Source of the DNA: an uncultured Holophagae bacterium
GTDB lineage: Bacteria; Acidobacteriota; Thermoanaerobaculia; Thermoanaerobaculales; Sulfomarinibacteraceae
Length of the DNA stretch: 64,000 nucleotides
NCBI GenBank assembly: GCA_963797055.1
Contig: CAWCOD010000005.1
Span: 189,995 to 253,994 of the forward strand
Direction of reading: 5' to 3'
Under the pieces are notes generated by a model. The model did no database searches. It saw only the letters and a program-made list of their open reading frames with translations, and was not told the origin of the DNA. Shown in pieces: positions 26,646 through 34,915 of the stretch. Every line of letters begins with the position of its first letter. The first letter of the stretch is position 1. A program made the translations under genes and the position numbers.

Positions 26646-26915
26646 CTACTGCATATTGCGCAGTGACTTACCAGGCTTGAAGCGGATGGTTTTGCCGGGA
26701 GGAATCTCGACTTCGTGGCCGGTCTTTGGGTTGCGGCCGATGCCACGCTTGCGGTCCTTTACAAGAAAAACGCCGAATCCCCGAAGCTCGATGCGGTCAC
26801 CCCTGAGAAGGGCCTCTTTCATGCCCTCGAAGAGAGCGTTGACCGCCTCGGTGGCCTTTGGTTTTGGGAGGTCGGCGGCCTCCATGACCCTTTCGACGAG
26901 ATCCGATTTGATCAT
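26646..26915 (-). CDS. Integration host factor / HU family DNA-binding protein (IHF-like)
   Basis: MIKSDLVERV...RIELRGFGVFLVKDRKRGIGRNPKTGHEVEIPPGKTIRFKPGK is the IHF/HU fold signature with a beta-arm. Confidence 0.85.
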   Translation of the reverse strand: MIKSDLVERVMEAADLPKPKATEAVNALFEGMKEALLRGDRIELRGFGVFLVKDRKRGIGRNPKTGHEVEIPPGKTIRFKPGKSLRNMQ

Positions 26916-27024
26916 CCCCTAACTCCTTCCCACGACAGGATCAGAAAACATAGCCTCAAGTCCTACCTGTGTCAAGGGATTGCCGACGCAGCCGCCGGAC
27001 CCCACCGTCCCAGGCCAGGATGAA

Positions 27025-27429
27025 CTAGAACGGAACATCGTCCACGTCGTCGGGATACCCCTGGGAAACGGACCCGTAGTCGCTCCGCGAACCGCCCGAA
27101 TCGCCCTGGCGCGAGCCGAGCATTTCCATAGTCGACGCGTGGATTTCGGTGAAGTATTTCTTTTGGCCATCCTGCTCGTATGTTCGGGTCCGAATCGATC
27201 CCTCGATATACAGCTGCTTGCCTTTGGTGACGTAGCGATCGCAGATCTCGGCCAGCTTTCCCCAGGTCACGATGTTGTGCCACTCGGTCCTGGGGTTGCC
27301 GTCCTCGTCCTTGGATCGTTTGTCGGTCGTGGCCAGTGAGAACTTGCAGAGGTGAGTTCCGCTCGGCAGTGATTTCATCTCCGGGTCACGGCCGACGTTG
27401 CCCACGAGGATGACTTTGTTGATGCCCAT
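27025..27429 (-). CDS. ssb: Single-stranded DNA-binding protein
   Basis: MGINKVILVGNVGRDPE OB-fold N-terminus, acidic tail DDVDDVPF. AAGGAGA lies upstream of ATG 27429. The ORF-track extension to 27633 translates repeats. Confidence 0.9.
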   Translation of the reverse strand: MGINKVILVGNVGRDPEMKSLPSGTHLCKFSLATTDKRSKDEDGNPRTEWHNIVTWGKLAEICDRYVTKGKQLYIEGSIRTRTYEQDGQKKYFTEIHASTMEMLGSRQGDSGGSRSDYGSVSQGYPDDVDDVPF

Positions 27430-27491
27430 GAGTTGTCTCCTTGCCCGCGTGGACGGGGGAACGACGATCTTAACATGGCGCGCGTCGACGG

Positions 27492-27515
27492 ATGATACCG
27501 CCCTCCCGCCCTCCC
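27492..27515 (-). promoter_or_regulatory. G-quadruplex-type motif followed by TATCAT (minus strand), ~62 nt upstream of ssb
   Basis: The minus strand reads GGGAGGGCGGGAGGGCGGTATCAT. On the plus strand this is ccctcccgccctccc at 27501-27515 and atgata at 27492-27497. Confidence 0.3.
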
Positions 27516-27592
27516 ATTTCGAAAGTCGAATTCGAAGTACCCTACCCATCCGGAAGGCACCTCGCCCTTTTGCCCCAGATCGAGCGGGGACA

Positions 27593-27630
27593 ATCCGCAA
27601 TTCGCAATTCGCAATTCGCAATCCGTAATT
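27593..27630. repeat. Heptamer array (caattcg)x4
   Basis: ccgcaattcgcaattcgcaattcgcaatccgtaattc read directly. Confidence 0.85.
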
Positions 27631-27713
27631 CATAGTTGGCGGGAGCCGTATTGCCTCACGATCGCCATACGGCAGCCCTATCCGCCCGAAGTGCTGGTGG
27701 TACTCTTCGAGGG

Positions 27714-29282
27714 ATGAGTCAGGAGCGCCGGATCGTCAGACACGCGTCGAGGATGGCCGTGGTCACTCTGTTCTGCCGGGTGACCGGCTATCTCCGCGAC
27801 AAGGCGCTGTTTTCGGTGGTCGGCGCTGGGTTTTTGTACGACGCCTACCGCACCGCCAATCGCATTCCGAACGCGTTTCGGGGCCTGTTCGCCGAGGGGA
27901 CCCTGCATGCCGCCTTCGTGCCCACACTGGCTCAGATGGTGGCGCGGGACGAAAGGTCCGAGGAGTCGCGTGAGCTCTTCCGAGGGCTCTTGGCCGTGCT
28001 GATCCTGGTCGTCGGACTCGTCGTCGCGCTGGGAATCGTGCTGTCGCCGTGGCTGGTGGCGCTGTATGCGAAGGGCTTTTCCGCGACCCCGGGCAAACTG
28101 GAGACGACGGTTCTGATGAACCGGATCATGTTCCCCTATCTGCTCCTGATTTCATTGGCGGCGCTGCTCCAGGCGGTGCTCAACAGCCACGAGCGCTTTC
28201 TGTTGGCGGCCTCCACACCGATGTTCTTCAACCTCACGGTCGCCGGGGTCGCCTGGGCGGTGGTGCCGCGGGTCAAAGACCCCGCACCGGTGCTGGCGGT
28301 GGCGGTGCTGGCCGGCGGTGTTCTCCAATTCGCGGTCCAGGCGCCGGCTGTCCGCCGCCTCGGTTACCGGCTGACGCCCCTGTGGAAGGGAATCCGTGAC
28401 CCGGCGGTCCACCGGGTGCTCCTGCTGATGTTGCCCGGGATCCCGGTGCTCGGCATCAACCAGTTCAACCAGCTGATCTCCAACCGGTTCGCGTCGTTTT
28501 TCGATGGCGGGGTCAGCTACACCTACGGCGCCTACCGTGTCACCGAACTGGTGTTCGGCGCCATCGTGGTGCAACTCACCACGGTCCTGCTTCCGGTGTT
28601 GTCGAAGGAACTCAAGGAACGCCCCGATCGTGCGCCGGTGACTCTGCTCAATACCATGTCTCTGGTCAGCTTCGTGACTCTGCCCGCCGCCGTGGTCATG
28701 GCCGCACTTTCGGGACCGATCATCGGCCTGCTCTTTGGAGGCGGCCGTTTCAACTCACAGGATGTGGCGATCACTGGAGCGACGCTCTTTGCCTATGCGT
28801 TTTCGCTGGTGGGAACCGGGCACGTCAAGGTCATGGCCAGCGCCTTCTTCGCCCAAAAGAACACCAGGACGCCCATGTGGGGGAGCCTGGTGGCGTTGAT
28901 CATCTTCACCACGGCGTGTTGGCTTTTTGTGAAGCCGCTTGGGGTTCCCGGGCTCGGCTGGGCGAATACCGTGGCCATGACGGTGTTTGGCGTGTTCCTG
29001 ACCGTGCTGTACGCAGTGACGTATGGATTCGAGGGCGCAAACCTCTGGCCGACGGTGGTCGCGGTTGTCCGGCAAGTCGTCGCCGCAGCGGTGATCGGGG
29101 TGGGGCTGGTCTGGGTCGCCCCGCGACTCGGCGTCATCGACCACACGAGTCTCAACGGCGCCTTCCGACTGTTGGCTGTGCTGCTTCCAGCGGGGTTGGC
29201 CTACGTGGCGTTGGTGACGGCCCTCGGTGGTCGCGAACTGGCCACGGTCGCGGCCACGTTCAACGGGGGAGGAGAGGAGTGA
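27714..29282 (+). CDS. murJ: Lipid II flippase MurJ (MviN family)
   Basis: N-terminus VTLFCRVTGYLRDKALFSVVGAGFLYDAYRTANRIPNAFRGLFAEGTLHAAFVP is typical of MurJ, with ~14 TM helices. Start is ATG 27714. Confidence 0.85.
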   Translation: MSQERRIVRHASRMAVVTLFCRVTGYLRDKALFSVVGAGFLYDAYRTANRIPNAFRGLFAEGTLHAAFVPTLAQMVARDERSEESRELFRGLLAVLILVVGLVVALGIVLSPWLVALYAKGFSATPGKLETTVLMNRIMFPYLLLISLAALLQAVLNSHERFLLAASTPMFFNLTVAGVAWAVVPRVKDPAPVLAVAVLAGGVLQFAVQAPAVRRLGYRLTPLWKGIRDPAVHRVLLLMLPGIPVLGINQFNQLISNRFASFFDGGVSYTYGAYRVTELVFGAIVVQLTTVLLPVLSKELKERPDRAPVTLLNTMSLVSFVTLPAAVVMAALSGPIIGLLFGGGRFNSQDVAITGATLFAYAFSLVGTGHVKVMASAFFAQKNTRTPMWGSLVALIIFTTACWLFVKPLGVPGLGWANTVAMTVFGVFLTVLYAVTYGFEGANLWPTVVAVVRQVVAAAVIGVGLVWVAPRLGVIDHTSLNGAFRLLAVLLPAGLAYVALVTALGGRELATVAATFNGGGEE

Positions 29283-29746
29283 AGCTGGTGATCCAGCGAA
29301 CGTCCCGAGCAGAGGTGCGCGTGGACGGGGAAACCGTGGGTCGGATCGGCGTGGGGCTGGTCGTCCTTGTGGGGCTCGAACGGGGCGATACCGAGGTCCA
29401 ACTCGAAAGCGCGGCGCGCAGGTTGGCGACACTGAGGGTCTTCGAGGATGACGACGGCAGGATGAACCGCGGGCTCGACGAGGTCGGTGGCGCGGTGCTC
29501 GCGGTTTCACAATTCACTCTCGCAGCGTCGATCCGCAAGGGACGGCGTCCCGGATTCGACCGGGCCATGCCGAGTGGACAGGCAGAACCGCTCTTTGGCC
29601 TCTTCATCGAGAAACTGCGGGCGCACGGTCTATCGGTGGAGACCGGGGTCTTTGGTGCGATGATGGAGGTGGACCTGGTCAACGACGGGCCGGTCACGCT
29701 CCTGTGGCAGGATCCACCCACCGACCACCCGAGAGTCGAGAGTTGA
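29279..29746 (+). CDS. dtd: D-aminoacyl-tRNA deacylase
   Basis: (M)KLVIQRTSRAEVRVDGETVGRIGVGLVVLVG..., SQFTL motif. GTG 29279 overlaps the murJ TGA (GTGA). Confidence 0.85.
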   Translation: MKLVIQRTSRAEVRVDGETVGRIGVGLVVLVGLERGDTEVQLESAARRLATLRVFEDDDGRMNRGLDEVGGAVLAVSQFTLAASIRKGRRPGFDRAMPSGQAEPLFGLFIEKLRAHGLSVETGVFGAMMEVDLVNDGPVTLLWQDPPTDHPRVES

Positions 29747-30123
29747 AGGTTGAAAGTTGAAAGTTGGGTTCATCCGGGAAAGCGTGAGGTGGGGGTGTCT
29801 GCCCGTCCGTCCCCGCTTGCCACGGCGTAAGCCGTTGCGAATCCGGGTGTCCGGGCCCGAGAGGCAGCGTTCAGCGACAGCGGCTGGGTGCAGCGAGCAG
29901 GGACAGTCATCAGGGGCAGCGATCAGTTGCTTCCGCGGCATGGAATGGGTCACCTCCGGGTCGTTCCATGGGATGAATAGCCGGTGGCCAGCCGATGTCA
30001 AGGGCAAGCCGGGCCAGAGGCCCGCTGGCGCTGGTTGCTGACGCTGCCATCTGTCCCGGATCGCTGTCGCTGCCGCTGGCATCGGTATGCGGGCCCCCGC
30101 GTTCGCTTCGATTGACTCATTTC

Positions 30124-30311
30124 GAGGCGCCCATCTCCCCGAGGCGCTCTCCGAGGTTGCCGCCTTTGACAATGTTGGGACTTCTGAGGCCGAGTGAATC
30201 AGCTGAATGGACCCAACATTGTCAAAGACGGCACGCCCGCCATACCCGCCCACCGCGCTCCGGGTGGGCGGAGAAATCTGCAATCTGCAATTCGCAATTT
30301 GCAATTCGTAA
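30124..30311 (-). repeat. Composite intergenic element, copy A6 (reverse orientation) with heptamer array
   Basis: Stem tttgacaatgttggg (30166-30180) / cccaacattgtcaaa (30212-30226); GGGTGGGCGG 30262-30271; aaatctgcaatctgcaattcgcaatttgcaattcg 30273-30307. Confidence 0.85.
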
Positions 30312-30326
30312 TGGACGGGCGGGGGT

Positions 30327-32027
30327 CTATGACTGGCCGTTGACGTCCTGCCAGGCCTCCCACATCCCGTCGGCATCGGGCATGTACTCCATCACAGCCT
30401 GGATTTGGTCGTCGGCCGTGATGGCCTCGCGATAGCCGGCCTCCAGCCCGAGGACGGCATTCAGGATCTCCACATGGATGCCCCGGGCCACATCGCCCGT
30501 GGCGAGCTCATCGCCGCGGACCACGTTGAGTTCGTCATCGGTCATGATCTCCTCGTCCACGACCCACTGAAAGAACCCGTCGAGGGTCTCCTGGGTGGGT
30601 TCAAAGGCGAGGGCGTACGCTTCCTGCTCGCCCTCAGGGACCTCCTGCAGCAGCTCCACGCCATACCTGAAGAACGCCGTCGCGCCGTAAAGCCGGGCCA
30701 CCTCCTCGGACAGGAAGCGACCGGTGATCTCCACGTCGGGCGTGATGCCACCCCCGCCCAGCACCGTGCGGCCGGCGTCGGTCTCGAAGATCTCGGCGTC
30801 CTGGTCCTCGGGTCCGGTGCCGTTGCGATGGGTGATGTAGTCGATGAAGGAGTCATAGTCGCGCTGGATGCTGCGTCCGGCCGGTGTGTAGTATCGGGCC
30901 GTGGTCAGGGCCAGACCCGTATCGCGCACTGTGTACACGGTCTGCACGAGCCCTTTGCCCCAGGTCACCTCGCCCAGCACGATCCCGCGGTCATGATCCT
31001 GAACCGCCCCGGCGACGATCTCCGAGGCTGATGCCGAGCCCTCGTTGACCAGGATGATCAGAGGGCCCTTGAACGGCTCGCCCCGTCCGGGGGCGCGCAA
31101 TGTGGAGTTGTTTTCGGGCGTGCGACCCCGCGTCGACACCACGAGCTGGCCTTCATTCAGGAACGTGTCGGAGACCCCCACCGCGGCGTCCAACGGGCCA
31201 CCCGGGTTATTGCGGAGATCCAGTACCAACTTGGTCATGCCCTGGAGTTCGAGCGCCTCGATCGCGTCGAGAATCTCTCGCACACTCGTATTGGTGAATT
31301 CTGAGAGCCGGATATAACCCACCTCAGGTCCGAGCAAGAATGCGAACCGGACCGAGTCCTGGGGTATTCGTGCTCGGGTGATCTCCACGTCGAAGGTCTC
31401 TGACAGTCCCGGTCGTAGAATGGTCAGCAACACCGGGGATCCCTCCGGGCCCCGAACCGTGTCCACAACCTCGTCGAGGGTTCGTTCTTCGGTTTCAATG
31501 CCGTCCACCGCTGTGATGACGTCGCCGGTTCGCAGGCCCATCTGAGCGGCCGGTGTCCCGGCCATCGGGGCGATCACGGTGACCTTCCCGTCGCGTCTGG
31601 AAATGATGATGCCGATACCGAAGAAGGACCCTTCCTGGCGTGACCGCATTCGTTGAAACGAGCGTGGATCGAGGTAGTTGGAATGGGGATCCAGGACCTC
31701 GAGCATGCCGTGGATTCCGTCGTAGATGATGTCCTCGGCGTTGGTCTCCTCCGGCAGCCAGTCCATGAGGTCGTTGACGATGCGGGATGTCCGCAGCACG
31801 ACTTCGGACTCGCCTTCGGGCACGGCGCGCTCTCCGAAGATGACACCGGCCGTCATACCCGCGATGACGATTCCGATGGCGATAAAAGCGATCTGCGGTG
31901 GCCGCAAGGATGAGTTTTTCAATTTTGACGGCTCCTGTCCGTTCATCACTTGGAGAACTGTATCGGAGTCACGATATAATCCCAAGTCATTCGGGACCCA
32001 GACCGACCTCTCGACGGAATTCGTCAT
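30327..32027 (-). CDS. Carboxyl-terminal processing protease (peptidase S41) with PDZ domain
   Basis: PDZ region (GIGIIISRRDGKVTVIAPMAGTPAAQMGLRTGDVI); S41 core LDLRNNPGGPL, GSASASEIVAGA, TWGKGLVQ. Alternative start at ATG 31946. Confidence 0.85.
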   Translation of the reverse strand: MTNSVERSVWVPNDLGLYRDSDTVLQVMNGQEPSKLKNSSLRPPQIAFIAIGIVIAGMTAGVIFGERAVPEGESEVVLRTSRIVNDLMDWLPEETNAEDIIYDGIHGMLEVLDPHSNYLDPRSFQRMRSRQEGSFFGIGIIISRRDGKVTVIAPMAGTPAAQMGLRTGDVITAVDGIETEERTLDEVVDTVRGPEGSPVLLTILRPGLSETFDVEITRARIPQDSVRFAFLLGPEVGYIRLSEFTNTSVREILDAIEALELQGMTKLVLDLRNNPGGPLDAAVGVSDTFLNEGQLVVSTRGRTPENNSTLRAPGRGEPFKGPLIILVNEGSASASEIVAGAVQDHDRGIVLGEVTWGKGLVQTVYTVRDTGLALTTARYYTPAGRSIQRDYDSFIDYITHRNGTGPEDQDAEIFETDAGRTVLGGGGITPDVEITGRFLSEEVARLYGATAFFRYGVELLQEVPEGEQEAYALAFEPTQETLDGFFQWVVDEEIMTDDELNVVRGDELATGDVARGIHVEILNAVLGLEAGYREAITADDQIQAVMEYMPDADGMWEAWQDVNGQS

Positions 32028-32042
32028 ATACTGAACGCGGAG

Positions 32043-32360
32043 GTGCCGGTGTTTGGTCCCCTGGGCATGCCCGAAATCATCCTCATCTTCGTGGTGGCGT
32101 TGCTCTTGTTCGGTCCACGGAAGATGCCGCAGATCGGTCGCTCGGTCGGTCGGGCGCTTGGTGAATTCCGGAGAGCCTCCAACGATTTCAAGCGAACCAT
32201 CGAGGACGAGGTTGCAACCGAGGAAATCCGCGACGTCGAACGGGACCTGAAGGAGATCCGGGCGGTGGGCCGGGACGTCCTCAAGGACACCACCGGAATC
32301 GGGGATGCCACCGCGACCCCGAGCGGCGCGCCGGACACCAAGGAGCAGGAGTCGAAGTGA
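32043..32360 (+). CDS. tatA: Sec-independent translocase protein TatA/TatB family
   Basis: FGPLGMPEIILIFVVALLLFGPRKMPQIGRSVGRALGEFRRA is the TatA/B signature. The start may be GTG 32049. Confidence 0.85.
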   Translation: MPVFGPLGMPEIILIFVVALLLFGPRKMPQIGRSVGRALGEFRRASNDFKRTIEDEVATEEIRDVERDLKEIRAVGRDVLKDTTGIGDATATPSGAPDTKEQESK

Positions 32361-33130
32361 CGTCGGCTGATCCTGAGCTGACGGGACGCGGTGAGGAGGG
32401 TGAAGAACTCCCGCGGATGACGCTGCTCGACCACCTGGACGAGCTCCGACGCAGAATCACCCACTCGGTTGTGGCACTGCTCGTGGCCTTCATGGTCTGC
32501 TGGTATTTCTCGCCACTGATCTTCTCGTGGCTCGAACGGCCCATCATGGACGCGTTGCCCGAGGGAGATCAGCTGGCATTCACCGATCTCGCCGGCCCGT
32601 TCATGCTCTACATCAAGGTCGCCCTCCTGGCCGCTGTGTTCGTCTGTGCGCCGTTTCTGCTGTTCCAGGTCTGGTTGTTCATCCGTCCGGGGTTGTACAA
32701 GAAGGAGCGGCGGCTGGCCGTGCCGTTCGTGGTTTTCACCAGTGCCTTCTTCGTCCTCGGTGGATATTTCGGCTACAGGATCGCGTTCCCCATGGTGGTC
32801 CGCTTCCTGCTTGGTGTCGGTGAGAACTTCAAACAGGTCGTCACCATCCAGGCCTACTTCTCCATGATGACCAAGATATTGCTCGGGCTCGGGCTGGTCT
32901 TCGAAATGCCGATGCTGATCTTCTTCCTGGCGCGGCTCGGGATCGTCTCGGCGCGAGACCTCATCAAGTGGTTCCGATGGGCGGTTCTCTGCATTTTCGT
33001 GGTGGCGGCCATCATTACCCCAACGCCCGATGTGGCCACGCAGACCGTCTTCGCCGTGCCCATGATCCTTCTCTACCTGCTCGGAGTGGTCGTGGCGGCC
33101 ATCTTCGGTACCAAAAAGGACGAGGAGTAA
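32357..33130 (+). CDS. tatC: Sec-independent translocase TatC
   Basis: MTLLDHLDELRRRI..., six TM helices, FLLFQVWLFIRPGLYKKERR. GTGA overlap with the tatA stop. Confidence 0.9.
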   Translation: MTSADPELTGRGEEGEELPRMTLLDHLDELRRRITHSVVALLVAFMVCWYFSPLIFSWLERPIMDALPEGDQLAFTDLAGPFMLYIKVALLAAVFVCAPFLLFQVWLFIRPGLYKKERRLAVPFVVFTSAFFVLGGYFGYRIAFPMVVRFLLGVGENFKQVVTIQAYFSMMTKILLGLGLVFEMPMLIFFLARLGIVSARDLIKWFRWAVLCIFVVAAIITPTPDVATQTVFAVPMILLYLLGVVVAAIFGTKKDEE

Positions 33131-33141
33131 ATCCAATCACG

Positions 33142-33762
33142 ATGACCGAGTCCAACAACGACGATTCCTGGGAAGCCTCCTGGGAGGTTGAGTTTCCGGC
33201 GACAAACCGAGAGGAACTGCTGCTCGCGATGGTGGTCCGCGATCTGCTCCACGGCGCGTCATTCGACGTCGAAGCTGCGGCCCCACGGGGCGGTGACCTC
33301 GCTTTGGATTACGCTGCGGGCGACGAGATCGACGGCCAAGGATATATCCTGCTGGTGACGGTGGACGTGACCGGACCGCGAGAGCACGAGACGGTTCAGG
33401 AGGTCACGGAACAACTGTTGGAGCAATTGGTGGACGAGGCCGAGGAGTTGGTGGGTCAAAGGCAACCCCTTGGTACGGCACCACTCGACGAGGTGGTCTT
33501 CAGGGCGATTCCGGAAGAGGAAGAACGTTGGGATCTGGTTGTGGCCGATTGGCTTGCTCCGGACGGCGCCGCAGTGCCCTTCGGATTCCGGCCGTTTGAG
33601 GGGAAAAGCGGCGATCCGTGGCCGGCAAATCGTGATTTGGATTCCCATGGCCGGATCGTGGCGGTTCCCTTTGCTGGCCAACTCCATCTCTTCGCCATTC
33701 CCGCTCCGGTGGCCGACACCGAGGATGATCCGGCACCGGGGGCGCTTCCTGTTCTGCCTTGA
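33142..33762 (+). CDS. Hypothetical acidic protein
   Basis: ATG 33142 ([18 protein letters not shown]...). Protein-like composition, no family I recognise. The ORF-track start 32968 overlaps tatC. Confidence 0.5.
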   Translation: MTESNNDDSWEASWEVEFPATNREELLLAMVVRDLLHGASFDVEAAAPRGGDLALDYAAGDEIDGQGYILLVTVDVTGPREHETVQEVTEQLLEQLVDEAEELVGQRQPLGTAPLDEVVFRAIPEEEERWDLVVADWLAPDGAAVPFGFRPFEGKSGDPWPANRDLDSHGRIVAVPFAGQLHLFAIPAPVADTEDDPAPGALPVLP

Positions 33763-33822
33763 TCTCCGATCGAGCGAGGCATCTTGGTTCGTTGTCCTTC
33801 GATCTTCGATCAGCCGACCTGC

Positions 33823-33851
33823 TTGCTCCACCCGACAAAGCTGTGTATACT
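33823..33851 (+). promoter_or_regulatory. Candidate sigma70-type promoter for rplS (TTGCTC-17-TATACT)
   Basis: ttgctc at 33823-33828, 17-nt spacer, tatact at 33846-33851, 57 nt upstream of ATG 33908. Confidence 0.35.
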
Positions 33852-33907
33852 TCGCGCCCTTGGGGGGCGGTGTGAGTCGTCTCCCTATTTCCTTGGAGGC
33901 AATCGAG

Positions 33908-34258
33908 ATGGACCTCATCCGAGAAGTGACGTCCGAGTATTTGAAGACCGACATCCCGGAATTTCGTTCCGGTGATAACGTGAAGGTCCACGTTCGCCTC
34001 AAAGAGGGCGAGAAGGAACGCATCCAGATCTTCGAGGGTCTGGTGATCGCCCGCAAGCATGGCGGCGTTTCGGAGACATTCACCGTTCGCAAGATTTCGT
34101 CCGGCATCGGCGTGGAGCGGACTTTTCCGCTACATTCGCCGTCCATCGCCAAGGTCGAGGTCTCGAGGCGTGGCCGGGTGCGACGGGCCAAGCTCTACTA
34201 CATCCGGGGGCTGCGCGGCAAGGCGGCACGGATCAAAGAGCGCGCCAGGGTGAATTAG
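33908..34258 (+). CDS. rplS: 50S ribosomal protein L19
   Basis: [53 protein letters not shown]..., 116 aa. GGAGG lies upstream. Confidence 0.92.
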   Translation: MDLIREVTSEYLKTDIPEFRSGDNVKVHVRLKEGEKERIQIFEGLVIARKHGGVSETFTVRKISSGIGVERTFPLHSPSIAKVEVSRRGRVRRAKLYYIRGLRGKAARIKERARVN

Positions 34259-34276
34259 CCCGAACGTCTGCTGTCG

Positions 34277-34887
34277 ATGCGGCGGAACGCCCTGGGATCC
34301 AAAGACCGAAACATCCTCAAGAGTGCCGCGCGAGTCGTCGGAGTGGACGAGGTGGGACGTGGCTGCCTTGCCGGGCCGGTCGTCGTGTGCGGCGTAGCTT
34401 TCGAGCAGATCCCTGCAAATCCCCTGATCCAGGACTCGAAGATCCTCACCGCACGCCAGCGGGAGCGGGCTGCGGAATGGACCGTCGAAAACTGCCGTGA
34501 TTGGCTGGTGTTGGAAGTGTGGCCCGAGGTGATCGACAGAATCAACATCCTCGAAGCGGTACGTCTGGCCATGCGGGCGGTGGTCACCGTCCTCGCGGAG
34601 TCTGGCACGGTGGCGGTCATCGACCAGGTCGATCTGGGGCCTATGGAGTGCCCGGTCCTGGCGCAGCCGAAGGCCGATGCCGTTTTTTTCAGTGTCGCCG
34701 CCGCCTCGGTGGTGGCAAAGGTCCACCGGGATCGCCTGATGGTGGACCTGTCCAGAAACCACCCACTTTGGGGCTGGCCGACAAACAAGGGATATGGCAC
34801 CGTCCGAACACCGCGAAAGCCCTTGAAAAGCACGGCCCCAGTTACATCCACCGCACGTCCTTCCGGTGGTCTCCTGTGCTACCATGA
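34277..34887 (+). CDS. rnhB: Ribonuclease HII; frame break(s) at about 34800-34822
   Basis: VVGVDEVGRGCLAGPVV metal site, DSKILT. After NKGYGT the conserved C-terminus appears in other frames: SEHRE, then ALEKHGPSYIHRTSFRWSPVLP ending at TGA 34885-34887. In the given frame the ORF reads through into the TPR gene. Confidence 0.8.
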
Positions 34888-34915
34888 AGTGGCCCTTGAG
34901 GGCGATGGGAGAGGT

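Noticed and set aside
29770-30100. Known housekeeping ncRNA (RNase P RNA, tmRNA, SRP RNA) in the large convergent gap
   Set aside because: I could not find the conserved cores, such as GAGGAAAGTCCGGGC for RNase P, the tmRNA 3' tRNA-like end with GGTTCGAATCC or CCA, or the SRP GGAA/AGCA domain IV motif. It is kept only as an unassigned candidate.
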